Of a DNA stretch of 44,940 bases, positions 10,196 to 22,922 are shown piece after piece. The notes beneath the pieces are model-generated. The model was not told where the DNA came from. It saw nothing but the letters and a program-made list of their open reading frames with translations, and made no database searches. Source of the DNA: Nemertoderma westbladi (Eukaryota; Animalia; Xenacoelomorpha); NCBI GenBank assembly GCA_032718475.1, contig JAUCBJ010002897.1, positions 1 through 44,940 on the forward strand, written 5' to 3'. The first letter of the stretch is position 1. Each line of letters starts with the position of its first letter. Both the position numbers and the translations under genes were made by a program.

Positions 10196-11163
10196 GCACT
10201 CACTCCTTTTTTCCGGAGTAGGCCTACGACTTTACTTCCTTCCTTCCTGAACGGACTTTATACTTTTTATTATAAACCCCGATAATTACAGGACCTCCGT
10301 GTGGAAACGAGATTTCTGTATGTCTTTCAGGGTAATCCTGGACAATCAAAGTGCATATTTTGTCAGTATTAAAACTATGTGAAACTTAAAGTTTTTAAAC
10401 ATATCCTTTTATACTACTGTATGTTGATACGGGACTATTTACTCTACATGCCTACTGTTCTATACTATAAAATATATTCTTAATTTTTAATTATTTTTTA
10501 ATTCTCAAAATATGCTGTGCATTACATTTTTTCTTTCTTAACCTTATTAATTTTTCGGTATATTTTTCACCTTTTTCAACTTTTATAAACATGCCTACTG
10601 TAACTTCGTAACCGAACAGCCGACAGCACGTTTTTGCCTGAACCTGACTCACTGCACCGTCACAATCGATCATTACTGCTGTACTGGTACTGATGATGAT
10701 AACTATCTTGCTGCAGACGTCTGAATTCATTAATTAATTGTTCAATTGGAAACCGAAAGTGAATTGTGTCTAATTTATTTAGGCCTATGTACGTAATTTG
10801 CACAGTGGCCGGCCTTTTACACGTTACTGAATAGCTGTACAGTCAGACAGTATATCTGTATATTTTAATCTTAAATCGTTGTGTTTATACTGTATATATA
10901 CTGTTTATACTTTAATACTTTATATTTTTATATTCCAATTCCACATCCTGATATCAGAGTACTGGACTACTGGCAGACTGGAGTACCTCATCAACTACAG
11001 GTACTGAACTACCGGTACGGCTGTACGGTGCAGGTAGGCCTACCTCTGTCTGTCCTGCTGTCTGTTATCTGTACCTGTACCTGTCACTACCTCATCAACT
11101 ACCGGTACTGTACCGGTAGGCTTACCTCTGTACATGAGTGTACCTGTCACACAATTGAATAAA

Positions 11164-11455
11164 ATGATGACTGGGGCGTGTGCTCATTTATTCCGCAGTT
11201 TCGTTGACTCGTGTGTGGTTGTAGGTGCTGACAGCGACACCGGTCTGCAGTTACTCCGTGACCCCCAACCCTCAACCACAGACAACCAGCCTCCCGGACT
11301 GTTTACAAACAGTTTCCACCCCCAACTTCTTACCGTAGTTTCCAGAGTGGCCGCAACCTACCCCAATCGGACTGATGAACCAAGAGATCCCAACTACCCC
11401 CCTTCCCAACCAGGGTCGCAGAACCCGTCAGTTTCTACGAGCTCATCAACTACAG
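11164..11455 (+). CDS. DENND3: DENND3-like exon 1 (uDENN N-terminus)
   Basis: MMTGACAHLFRSFVDSCVVVGAD...FHPQLLTVVS resembles a DENN N-terminus. Phase-1 donor G|GTACCG at 11455/11456 (alternative G|GTAACC at 11461/11462) joins in frame to the acceptor at 13726. Confidence 0.8.
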
Positions 11456-12180
11456 GTACCGGTAACCAACCAACACATCGCGGCGATCGAAACACCCAAA
11501 TAAAATAGGCCTTACGCTTACGGTAATTAATCAGTTTTCAATCAGTTTTGTTAATGAGATTAATCCGTTTATATTAAATGGAATTTCAATATAATAATAT
11601 AGGCCTATTGATTTATACTTCAACACACATAACAGTTCAATATAATATATATTTGCATACAATTTTATACAAGTTCAATCTCACCCCATTAGAAGGGGTG
11701 AGATTGAATGGAAAAAAAAAAAAATATATATACCACAGCAGAAATAAAAAAACAATTTTTTCTTATTTATTATGTGAAACGGGAATGTACATTGTTACAA
11801 CTAATATGGTTTCATTTACATTTGTATCTGCTGTAAGAAACCGCATCCAAATTTATGCTGGAATTATTCAATCTGACCCCAGTTGACGGTATTGCAATAT
11901 AATATATATATTGAATTATATTACAATATTTTGTAACATAAATATTACAATATTATTAAATCAGCTAAATGCTAAATGTGCCAAGAACATGATAGGAATT
12001 ATTATTATTATTATATTCTTAATAATAATATTCCCTATAATAATATTATAGGGAATGATGGTCAGCACCTGCAAACAAAAATAAATAGTGTATAAATGCT
12101 AGCTTTCTGATTATATTATTGTCCTTCAAGCAAATACAGAAATATAATATAATATACTGATACCGGTATATAATACTTGA

Positions 12181-12950
12181 GCTTACCACGTCACATTTAC
12201 TTTGCCTTACCACGTCAAATTTACTTTACCTTACCACCATATTTAATTATTTACTACCGTTACATAATATTAATATTCTTGCATATTATAATAATAATAT
12301 TAATATAATTAATTTTAATTCTTAATAATAATAATAATAGTCTTGCATACTATAATTAGGCTATTTTTATTTTATTATTTCTTTCATTACCCCCTTTGCA
12401 TTGTATTAATATTTACCCCCGTGCACATACTTTACCTTACCAATTCATACCTACTTTACCTTACAACCTCACATTTACTTTACCTTTACCACAATATTTA
12501 ATTATTTACTACTTACTGTTTAGACTTTACTTAACCACCTCACACCTACTGTACTTTACCTTACCACTTCATACCTACTTTACCTTATCACTTCACATCT
12601 ACTTTATCTTACCATCTCACATTTACTCCTTCACCTTACCACAATACACGTATTTAATTATTTACTACTATTTAGACTTTACTTAACCACCTCACACCTA
12701 CTGTACTTTACCTTACCACTTCATACCTACTTTACCTTACCACTTCACACCTACTTTATCTTACCACCTCACATTTACTTTACCGTACCACAATACCGGT
12801 ATTTACTGATTTAATTATTTACTACTGTTTAGACTTAAACACCTCACACATACTGTACTCAGGTACTTTACCTCCCCACTTGACGCATCACACTTTCTTT
12901 ACTACCACCTCACGTTAACTTTACCCTACCACTTTATTTAATTATTTACT
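12181..12950 (+). repeat. Degenerate C/T/A-rich minisatellite (tactttaccttaccac(c/t)tcaca) with ~150-bp higher-order repeats
   Basis: Motif ttaccttaccac recurs about every 25 bp; the marker atttaattatttactac recurs at ~12241, 12496, 12652, 12809 and 12936. Confidence 0.8.
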
Positions 12951-13097
12951 ATTCTGTGCACTTACTTCAATTATATTCAGATATTTCCTATGTCTTAACC
13001 CCTTTTTCCTATTGCATTATAACATTGGCGGAAATTTAAAACCTTCAGTTCAGTTAACCGTTATTATTGTGTATATTATATTATTATATTCTATTTC

Positions 13098-13149
13098 TGT
13101 ATTTGCCTGAAGAAGGACTATAATGTTGTCAGAAAGCTAGCATTTATAC
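13098..13149 (+). ncRNA. Putative minimal hammerhead ribozyme motif (PLE-associated)
   Basis: CTGAAGA at 13107-13113, stem II gac/gtc, GAAA at 13132-13135, palindromic AGCT then A, with short stem I tgc/gca. It may be inactive. Confidence 0.4.
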
Positions 13150-13726
13150 CTTACTTATTTTTGTTTGCGGGTGCTGACCTTCATTCAATGTAAAAAATAT
13201 TAAATCAGCTGTATCATTGCCATGTTCAGCTGTTATCAGTTGCCTAGCACATAGCTGCATAGCCTGCTAGCGTGCTGGGCAACCAAAAGCGAAATCCAGA
13301 TTCAGAATAATTAATAAAACTGATTGTTCTTATATCTCAATATTGTACTGATTGAATTCAGTAATACGTGTATTGGGTAACGGTACCAGTGCGTAATGAA
13401 TTACAAGAGACGATTACTTAACTACCAGAGCAACTACATACCGTATCCAATCATATCCATGGGGCCTAGCATATTGGTTACATATTGGTTACATGTCAGG
13501 ATACATACCGTACATGAAAATGTTAATATGAATAATAATTTTTCCGGATATTCGGAAATCAAATAATTCGGATATCTTAACATAAAACAGTAATATTCTC
13601 AAAAATATTCTTCCGCGGGACGATTCTAAATTTACCCCAAAATTTCAATTTTTAGAAACTAAACAAATTTATTGCGAGGTGTCGAAGTGTGGTTTAGTTA
13701 TTACCGTTAGTTATTTGGGTGTCTAG

Positions 13727-16700
13727 ACGCAACGAACTCAACCACAGCTCGTCGTAAATCCATGACTCGCAGCACGAGTCTGCACGCCTGGCCGCATCCC
13801 ACCAGCTCGGAGACCCTCAGCGGGGTTCCCTCGCTCTGTTACCCTGATAACTTCAACGTCTCCTACCAGGAATTCGAGGATAAAATTCACTGGTTTACTC
13901 TGACCACGATCACGGGGGAGACGATTTACGCTGTATGCGGTACGTTTCAGCGCAACTTTGTCGCCTTTCCGGGTTCACAGACCGACATCTCGTACTCACT
14001 TAGGCCGTACACAGAACCCAAAGACGTAGGGAACGGAACACGCTGCTTCATTCCAACTTGCATCTGTTTCCTATCCCGAACACCGTGCTTCGAAGCTCTA
14101 AAAACTACGGTTTCCACCTTCATGGCCAACATCAATCCCAACCCGTTAGAACTAAATGATCTAGTCAAGGATTTTACCCACCAGATTTCTATGATACCCC
14201 TTCCTCCCCCCGGTAACATCGATATCTCCTTTAACATCCTAGACACCCTAGTTCTCCTGCGAACTCACTCCTTAGATAACTCCCCCTACGTAGACCTGAA
14301 TCTCCATTACCCGTTTCTCTGTCTCAACATCGACGATATCATTAAGATCATTAAGTACCTCCTCCTGGAGCAGCGGTTCGTTTTCCTCTCCGCGAACTAC
14401 GCCCTCCTAACGGCTGTAATCCAGTGTTTCCTGTTGTATCTGTCCCCGTTCCGATGGCAGTGGTCCTGCGTTCCCACCCTACCCCAACGGATGCTCGACT
14501 ACATAGACACCCCGACACGCGCCTTCATCTTCGGTTGCCACACTCAGTGCGCCGCCGATGTGGAGACCAAATCCAACGACCTCGTTATCGTAAATATCGA
14601 CGAAGGAATCGTCTCGTATCCCGACGAGATCCTCCCCGACCTCCCAGAAGATCCGGCCGCCGATCTCAAGACCATGTTCTCCGATCTAAACTTTAAGTTC
14701 GACTTGGAGCTACTGAACCGGCCTTCCTTCCTCTCGGCCGCGGCTCTCCAGTCGCACCACAACTCATTTAAGCTCAACTTCGACCGCTCGGTGCGTCGCG
14801 CCGCCACCGACTTTATCGTGTCGCTGTTCGCCGACGTTCTCCCCTTCGTCAACTCGGACCACAATAAGTTCCGGGGCGACCAGTTCCTGGACTCCCGTTG
14901 CGACGACGACAAGCCCTTCTACATGGCGGTCTGCCGTACCGCCTCCTTCCAGATGTTCGTGCGGGACCGCATCCAGCGTCTCGAGGATTCCTTCTTCCAC
15001 GTGGCGGTTTATCGCGCGGATTCCTCGTCGGTTAAACGGTCGCTGCAGTCGTTGTCGGCGGCCAACGCGATGCAGACCGTGGTGAAGGCTCGTCCGCGGT
15101 TTGTGCGTCCGTCGCGACTCGAGTCCCACCGCCCCACGGCGGCCCCGTATGAGACGGCGTCCCTCCCCAACCAGGTCCACCACCTCCCACCCCTCCGGGA
15201 TGCGTTCGTCTCCCGTTGCGTCGCCGATCTTGACCGACTCATCACCTCGAGCTCCGCCCCAGATAGTAAGGCCTTCTACCGCTACCTCCGCGGTATGTTC
15301 CACGTCCTCGAGGAGCGAATAACCCCGGCGCTGCTCGACTTCCACGAGATCGCCTCACTGGACTCGCGCGTCCTTCCGCCCACCGACCTCATTATGTCCG
15401 AGTTGCTAGGCGCTGCCGCCGCGTCCGGCGTCGAGGATTCCCCCCAACTCGACTCGGTTCGTCGTCGGATCACGGCGCATCGCGGTCCCGAATCGCTCGC
15501 AGGGCCACAGCGCCCCGCGTACAACGTCATCACCGAGTTCGACGACATCCCGAGTCGGCCGGTCGTCTACGACGAGTTCGTTAAGGCCATCCAACTGCGG
15601 GACATCCTCGTCGCCGTCGACTCCATCCGTCGTCTCTTCGACGCTCTCACCCTCCGGTCCACCGTGCTCTCCGTCGCCACGTTGTCCCGCTTCCTCGCGG
15701 CGTGGCGCCGGTGGGACCAACTGTGCCGCACGTTCGGACGCTCCCCTTCGGTCTCCGCGTCGCTCTCCGTTGGGGAGTCCATCCTGAAGGTCTCCGAGAC
15801 GGTGCGCTCGGATCTGGGTCTCGGCTCCCTCGTGCTGACCCCCCGGAGGATACTCTTCCTCGAGCAGGGCTCCAACATCTGCCACGAGGTGGTCCGTCTC
15901 TCGCACATCGAGTTCATCGAGCGGGTGACCCGGTCCAGCATATTCGCGGAGGCGTCCTTGTTGCTGCGACTCGTGAAGCGGACCCCGACGGGCGGGACGG
16001 AGGCGTTCGATGTAGCGCTGCGGGAGGAGCGCGACTGCTGGTACCACCTCGCCTTGGAGATGTGGTGCGCGCGGAAGCACTCGGAGGACCCGATGCAGCG
16101 GGACCCCCAGATCGTGGTGCAGGGCGCCCAGACGGTGGCCGTGCTCAACGCGGTGATCGAGTCCGCCCGTTGCGACGACGCCCAGCACGCAGTGGATCCC
16201 GCGTGGGCGATCGCGCGCGTCGCCTTCCACACGAAGCTCCGTATGGACGGCGCAGCCTCCTCCACGACTCGCACGGACACGCCGCTCGCTCTGATGCACC
16301 GGATCAACCCGACCCAAGGCGAGGCCTTCAAGGGGACCGTGGAGGCGGTGCTGTACACCGAGGATGAGGAGTCCCCGCAGCTGTGGTGCGCCGTGTGTCC
16401 CGGACGCGGGGGCGGCCGCGTGCAGTGCTACGACGCGTCCACCTGGATGCCGCACCCCCGGAGGTTCGACGCCACCGAGCGGCTCATGAGTCTCGCCCTG
16501 AGCCCCGACGGCGCCGCCGTTTGGGCCGGCGGTTTCGACGGGACCATCTACGTGGTAGAGACCGCGCACGTGCGTGCCTCGCGTCGGCTCTCTCGTCACG
16601 AGGACATCGTGTGTGACATAGTCCGCGGGCCGAGGGGCTCCATGATCAGCGCCAGTCTGGACGGACACGTCATTGTGTGGAACGGAGCGGAACTAAACAT

Positions 16701-17199
16701 GGAACGTGAGTTCCGCGTGGCGCGTTCTCTCGTCTCTGTAACTCTCGGTTTTGATTATATTTGGTGCTGCATTAAAGACGCCGGGAAGGTGATAACGGTT
16801 AGTTTGTCTAACGGGTTAGTTGTGAAGGAATTAACGGCTCATTCCGCAGGGGAGCGGACCTTGGGTCTGCAGTGTATGCTGGTGACCTCGGGCAATCATT
16901 TATGGGCTGGTTGCGCTAAAACCGGTCAGATAGCGGTGTGGAACGCCGCTTCCTTCGCGAGGGTGGACACGGTGTATTTGAACTGCGACGGGGTTAGTTG
17001 CATGGTGGAAGTGGTGGACACGGTGTGGGTGGGGACCAAGTGCGGTAAAATCTTCGTTTACAACGCTAGAACCCGTATGGTTGTTCGCGAGATGGCCGCG
17101 CATATAGGAGCTGTGCGGTGTATGTGCACCGCCGGTGTAAAGTATGTTATTACCGGCTCAATATCTACCGATGGTAGGATAGCGTTGTGGAGAAGCTGA
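13727..17199 (+). CDS. DENND3: DENND3-like Rab GEF, exon 2 (DENN modules, PH/GRAM-like region, C-terminal WD40 repeats); full protein ~1254 aa
   Basis: 3.47-kb uninterrupted ORF with DENN motifs (LCYPD, LLEQRFVFLS..YALLT, LSPFRWQWSCVPTLP..MLDYIDTP..FIFG, VIVNIDEG), LGSLVLTPRRILFL, RDCWYHLALEMW and WD40 repeats (WAGGFDGTIYV, SASLDGHVIVW, GRIALW). Acceptor gtctAG|AC at 13726. Confidence 0.9.
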
Positions 17200-18803
17200 A
17201 TATAATATAATATAGTAGTTTTAATATCATTTATAAAATGTAATAATATAATTATAGTTGCTCTATAATAGTTGTATGGCAAACTGTCTGTAGGTACACT
17301 CAATATTATTACGATTTTATTTGAAAGCAGTTAGTAATTATTTTTAAATAATTCACAATTGTGCTATTTAATTTATCAATCTCTTTGTTACGTTTTAATT
17401 ATGGTAATTATTTAATTAAGTGCAGTTGTTAGTTTGTCTAATACTTTCATAATATATGACACTTTATTTTAACCAAGTCATTTTGAGTTCGATCTCTAAT
17501 ATAACTGTCACTATGCAATACAAAGGTATCTAACTATTTATTCATAATTAATTAGATGACCACAGAACAAATAAAGTAGATAATATCACAAATCACACGA
17601 CATAAACTTGAAGAAAATATTGAAAGAGGAAAAGGTTGGGGCAAAGCTAGAGAGGAGAAGAAAATTAATTAGATATCCGGCGAATAGACAGCGGATAAAT
17701 CGACGGCCCTCAGTTTCAACTCTTAGTTTAAACTGATAAATACATACAGGTAGTAGAATCGTATAAAGTTTAAGTGAATCAAATAAAGTAAATGGTAAAA
17801 CCTGAAAAGGTAAACATAAACAAACCTAAAAACTACCTGAGCCACTTAACATGATATATTACAAAATTTAGTTTGCAATTTCGATTGATAAAAGTAAGTA
17901 AATTAATGAATATGATTTTCCGACAGAAAATATTCAGTCTCTTAATTATCAGATGGTTAATTTAACCGAGCGGTAAATTACTTCAATATTGTTACAATAG
18001 AAGTTATAAATCACCAAACAGCTATATAACGTGTTAAATGTAGGAAATCTGAATATTTAATAATAATATAATATTTATTTATCCAAGCCAGTACAAGCCG
18101 GAGATTACATCAAATTATATAAAAAAAAATAATAGGGACATTATAGAACAAATGCAGACACGAAATTCCACCAAAATATTTTATTTTACTTTTTTTTCGT
18201 CGGGGAAAAATAAAAATCAATGCAATCCTATTAAGGGTTACTCTATTCCCCTAGGGTAAAAGTTATTCTTTTTCTCATGATTTTGGGTTTATTCGAGCGA
18301 AAAACCCAGTAAGAACGCGTTTAAAAAGATAAAATATTATATATTATTATATTATTATCTATATTAAATGTTAGCTCTACTATTTGCTGAACTACAGCGC
18401 CGACCCTACAATACCTCACAGATAATCATACGCAGTAGGTTTCGCAGTGCAGATGGCAGTAGACCAACCACGGCAACCTTTAGCTACATGGCCTACCATT
18501 GGCTGTAGCTCATCTGCCAAACCATGCCGATTCCACGAGAAATGGTCCACTGGGGCGAGGGGTGCACTCGCACTGGGACGAAGGGTTCACCAGGAGGGTT
18601 TGGTTTACTGGAACAGAGTGTTTATTTCCTTTAATAAGTATTACTTGATCCGATTCGAATGAAAAGTTAAGTTAAATAACAGAATATAATAAAAAAAATA
18701 TTTTAATGAAAAATAAAAAAATAATCAGCTATTCAAAAAATAGCTGAGAATATTAAATTAAATATAAAGTAAATATATATAACATAAGAGGTTGGGGGTT
18801 TAG

Positions 18804-20408
18804 TTACAAGAAAAGAGTTGATTGTAAGATAGGGATTACTCTGACTGTCGTTAGATCGGCGAATACGGCGTCTACAGCGGTAGCTGAGGAGACAGCGAGA
18901 AGCGAATCCCGTCGTGATGAGAACAAACCAACAGCGAGGATTGGAAGCAGTTCCAACGAATCGTAAGCGATCATTCGGTCCCAAAGAAGGAAGAGTTCCT
19001 TCACTAAAAGGAATCCACTGAAAGCCTTCATCAGCCACTTAAAGGCGACCTTGAGAGGCTGAACGTTGATTTCCCGCAGGTGAAGGGATAGTTTGGGTTC
19101 ACGGCGTTGTAGGAGTGACTCGAAGAGAGCAGAGAGGGCGAGGACTCCACGGGGATGGGAGGAGATGTAGTGGAGACGGGAGAAGTAGCGACAGTAGAGC
19201 TGGAAGAATACTCTGTAGAGCACAACGTCGTCGTCGAAGAGGTAAGCGAGAGGGGCGAGGTACATTGCGAATCCGTGGAAGGGTACCACCCCGGAAGGAG
19301 GGTAAACGAGGGAGCGACGCCCAGGGGCGTAGTGGGCGAAGGAACGCAATGGGGGCGCGGAGCCCCAGTCAGAGATGGAGCGGAAGACATCGATGTCTCG
19401 AGAGAAACACAAGAGTGTTCGGTAGAGACAGTCCTCAAACACAAACAGTTCGTCGTCGTTGGTCGCCGTTAGTTTAATGTCTTTAAAGATGAGATTGTCT
19501 ATCAGGAGTTCGTATTGCAGGACGTATTGTTTGAGTTGGTCGTAGCGGAGTCGGTTTAACTCGCAATCCGAATCGACACCGAGAGCCAACTTCCACAGCC
19601 GGGAACGTGATCCCACAGGACAACCCGACTTTATAAACTCCCGCGCCACTGCCGCGTTGCCTCGCGACAGTACCGCGTTGCCTAGCGACTCGAGACGTAT
19701 CGCGGTTGCCGTCTCCGGTACGGATACTCTATCGGTAGCGACGTCGTCTGCTCCAAGATGCCGACGACTCGGTCGCAACTCCGGGAACCGAGTTCGCAAG
19801 GACTCCAGGCTGGGAGTCGCTACCTGGCACTGTAGGAGACCCCAACAACTAGGAGGATTGCTTAGAGACCCACCCCAAACGGAGTTGGGACTAACTAAAC
19901 CCGATGATATAACTTCTAGGATATCTTTTGGAGCGAAAACCGGCCGGAACCGAGATAGATCGGGTTCATTAGCGCCCAATTCCTCCCAATTATTTCTCAG
20001 TTCGTTGGCTTCGTGTTTGGCGCGCCGTTTAGCTAATGGAACCGCTAAATCGGAACTCATTGAGTTTAAACTTTTCAAAATCCGTTTGTGCCAAGTATTA
20101 GCAACTTTCGCGATATGTTGCAGGGGTTCTTTAGTTGAGTTTCCCTCGTTGCTATTGGTCAGTTGTTTGTACTGCTCCGTGACAGAGTTGCGTAGTTTCT
20201 CTTGCCATCCGCTGAGCTGCAGCGCTTCCGCGATCGCTGGTAAACTCTCGCAACCATCCGCAGCTGCCGACAGCGATGCCGCCCAAATGTCGGAGTAAAT
20301 AGGTGATTGGCGCAGGATCGCTAGGATACGGGCTGACAGGTCTTCCTCAGAGGGGTGATCAGATGCGTTGAGTGACGGATGAGAGTTGTAAGATGATATT
20401 CCAGTCAT
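18804..20408 (-). CDS. TBC1D19: TBC1 domain family member 19, single exon
   Basis: Diagnostic segments SGWQEKLRNSV, WHKRILKSLNSM, EPDLSRFRPVFAPKD, KDIKLTATNDD..FVFED, YPPSGVVPFHGF, RLHYISSHP, FKWLMKAFSG, LWDRMIAYDSLE. Confidence 0.95.
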   Translation of the reverse strand: MTGISSYNSHPSLNASDHPSEEDLSARILAILRQSPIYSDIWAASLSAAADGCESLPAIAEALQLSGWQEKLRNSVTEQYKQLTNSNEGNSTKEPLQHIAKVANTWHKRILKSLNSMSSDLAVPLAKRRAKHEANELRNNWEELGANEPDLSRFRPVFAPKDILEVISSGLVSPNSVWGGSLSNPPSCWGLLQCQVATPSLESLRTRFPELRPSRRHLGADDVATDRVSVPETATAIRLESLGNAVLSRGNAAVAREFIKSGCPVGSRSRLWKLALGVDSDCELNRLRYDQLKQYVLQYELLIDNLIFKDIKLTATNDDELFVFEDCLYRTLLCFSRDIDVFRSISDWGSAPPLRSFAHYAPGRRSLVYPPSGVVPFHGFAMYLAPLAYLFDDDVVLYRVFFQLYCRYFSRLHYISSHPRGVLALSALFESLLQRREPKLSLHLREINVQPLKVAFKWLMKAFSGFLLVKELFLLWDRMIAYDSLELLPILAVGLFSSRRDSLLAVSSATAVDAVFADLTTVRVIPILQSTLFL

Positions 20409-22922
20409 TTTTAATAATCTTTTGTAGCATAATCACAATCAGACAATTATGGCATCATAATACAAGTATCATGTAAAACCAAGGAATACTACCGGTACTA
20501 TTACTATACCGGTACTACGAAAGTATAAAACAGAATATAATTCAGGTATTGTATTATGATGCCAGGTCCTGTATCATCAGGTAGGACTGGAGCCTACTGG
20601 CCTTAGCAATACTTAATTGAACAGCCAACGGTAGGTGTAGGCCAGTAGGCCATGCATGGCATATGCTGTCAGACGTCCGTATAATATGATCAGCTGCTTA
20701 CTGTTTTGCATAATAGGTAACTTAGCAACCAGATGTACCTGATGCACTTAATGTTTGTACTCAAACTTAACTTAAAATACCAGCATTTACTATAAACACT
20801 ATAGAAGTGTTAGTAATTATCATCCATCACGTTGATGAGCCAGTAGTTGTAGACGTTATTTTGATAACAATATTAAAAGTGATGACTGTTGCTGTTACAA
20901 TTATTGAAAATTATCAACAATACTTAAAATTTAAGTAATAATATTGAAAAGACTTCCGTTTAAAAAATGTGAGATGTATTTGTGGTACAACTTCATTGTG
21001 TGAAGTGCATCACTTTTCAGCGGTTATGACCTGAGTGTTTTTATGTACCAAATTTAGTTGTCAACGTTGAATCCGAAGTGTATACAATACAAACGTCGCA
21101 ACATTGTATTCCAATTACAAACTATCATTAGATTATTATTATTATAATGACAGTGTTGTGTTTTATGTGTATTGTTAACTGAAATTTAAGATTAGAAATG
21201 AAACGGTAAGCGGTCACACCAAATCTACAAAACGGATGGAAACCCAAACCTTGCTCGCTAGTACCCATCCACACAATGTAAACACATTTAATGAGATCCA
21301 GATTACAGGAGGTAGATCCAGAGATGGTTTGAATTCCCGACTTCTAAATGTGCAAGTCAGAATTTTAATTTTCGCTTTCAATGTTTTGCTATAAGCGTTT
21401 GAAAAAGTGTCTCTTCCACCAATTATCAATATTGTAAAGGCTAAAAATGTTGTAAAAGCTGTTTGTGATTCGTTGTTGGTACAAAGGGAAAGGTGGATTT
21501 TCAAGGATTCCAAAAATATGTAAAAACATCGGAATTTGTATTGAGAAGTAGACAGGATATTATTTACTGCTCGACCATATTTACTTGCAAAATATTCTAG
21601 AACACTATATTATCATAATTTAGTGTCGAGTGCGTACATGCCACGTTCGAACGCGCATCTCTCAGCTCTAGTAGAACATTACAAATGCGAGGGAGCTGGT
21701 GGTGGGGGGGTGGGGGGGGGGGGGGGGGGGGGGGGGGTCCAATATTCGATTAGAGTACATGGTGTATTGAAGTAGTTCCGAAATCTCCAGTAACCCCACC
21801 ACACAACCTTCGCGATAAAGGATCACCGACTTCGGGAAACGCAGTTTAAACATCATCATAATATATAATTAATACAAATATAAATTCAAAACACACTTGA
21901 ATACATCATAACGTTTATGTAGCTACTTTAGGAGTAAATTAATTAACCAATACAAAACAAAGAGTAATAAATAATAGATAATATTAAAATAGAGTTCAAT
22001 ATTTAAAAATATTAATAAGGAATTATTTATTCTTCAAAAGGAGATTTTTTGTTACGGCATTTTAAATATGAGTTAGTAGCGACGGCTTAGTATATAGGTG
22101 TAGTTTAAGTTTACATCTAATGCAGAGAAACATTGTGCCGGACAATTACGTATTGCATTTCAGAAACACCATTGAACTTTAACATAACACACGTATTACA
22201 TCCATTTTATTAGGAGACAACAGAATCAGATTTCTATCCGACGGATATCCGGCCGACTTTTTTCCGGATATCCGACGAGATATTAAACTTTGCTAGTCGT
22301 TTCGCTATAAATTATATTACACGTTTAGAAGGGCCGTTTATTAATTGTCAATATGAGATGATCCCAAACAACATCGGACATCCGGTGCACTCCATCCAAT
22401 ACAATATAAGAATCTCGTTTATATATTAATTAAATATATTATAAAACAAAAACATAATTATTTATTTATCGTATTAAATCAAAATTGGAAACCTAATTAC
22501 TTTCCCTAAAACAAACAAACAAACAGAAACACCAAAACAAGATAATTACAATAAATAAATATCATATAGAATTTAGTTCGACTCGATAAAACAATCCAAT
22601 AATATTATTGCATCTAAAGTGAAACTATTGAGTTTGAAGGATTTATAGCGAGCGAAAGGTAGGAGAGACGCGGGACTAACGCTCGGGGGAAAATCTAACT
22701 CTAATATTAATTTTGTTAAAAATTTTAAACTTTATTTTAAGAGAAAAAAGATAAATATCCCAAAAGTTACCAAAAAGATAAAAATAATCAATATATAAAC
22801 CACTTTTATGCGGACAAGATTAATCTTATCGATGGTAAGGATTTATATTTATCCCTCCGTATTCCCCTATATTTTTTCCCTCTGTATTTCCCACCGTATT
22901 TCCCCCCGTATTTCCCGCGTCT

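Larger units (their letters stand above)
12053..13186. mobile_element. Penelope-like element remnant with inverted pseudo-LTR copies, in the DENND3 intron
   Basis: 12053-12157 is the reverse complement of ~13080-13186. The right copy contains CTGAAGA-aggac..gtc-aGAAAGCTA, a minimal hammerhead core typical of PLE repeats. Confidence 0.55.

Noticed and set aside
13947-17303. Overlapping antisense and alternate-frame ORFs in DENND3 (likewise in TBC1D19, TRNAU1AP, GTPBP10)
   Set aside because: These are expected shadows of GC-rich coding sequence, with no recognisable domains.
17199-18804. Functional pairing of a Rab GEF (DENND3) and a TBC protein (TBC1D19) tail to tail
   Set aside because: Adjacency alone is not evidence in an animal genome, and I know of no shared Rab substrate.
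21198-21560. Possible decayed transposase or exon between TBC1D19 and TRNAU1AP
   Set aside because: No convincing motif in any frame and stops are present; it cannot be supported without a search.
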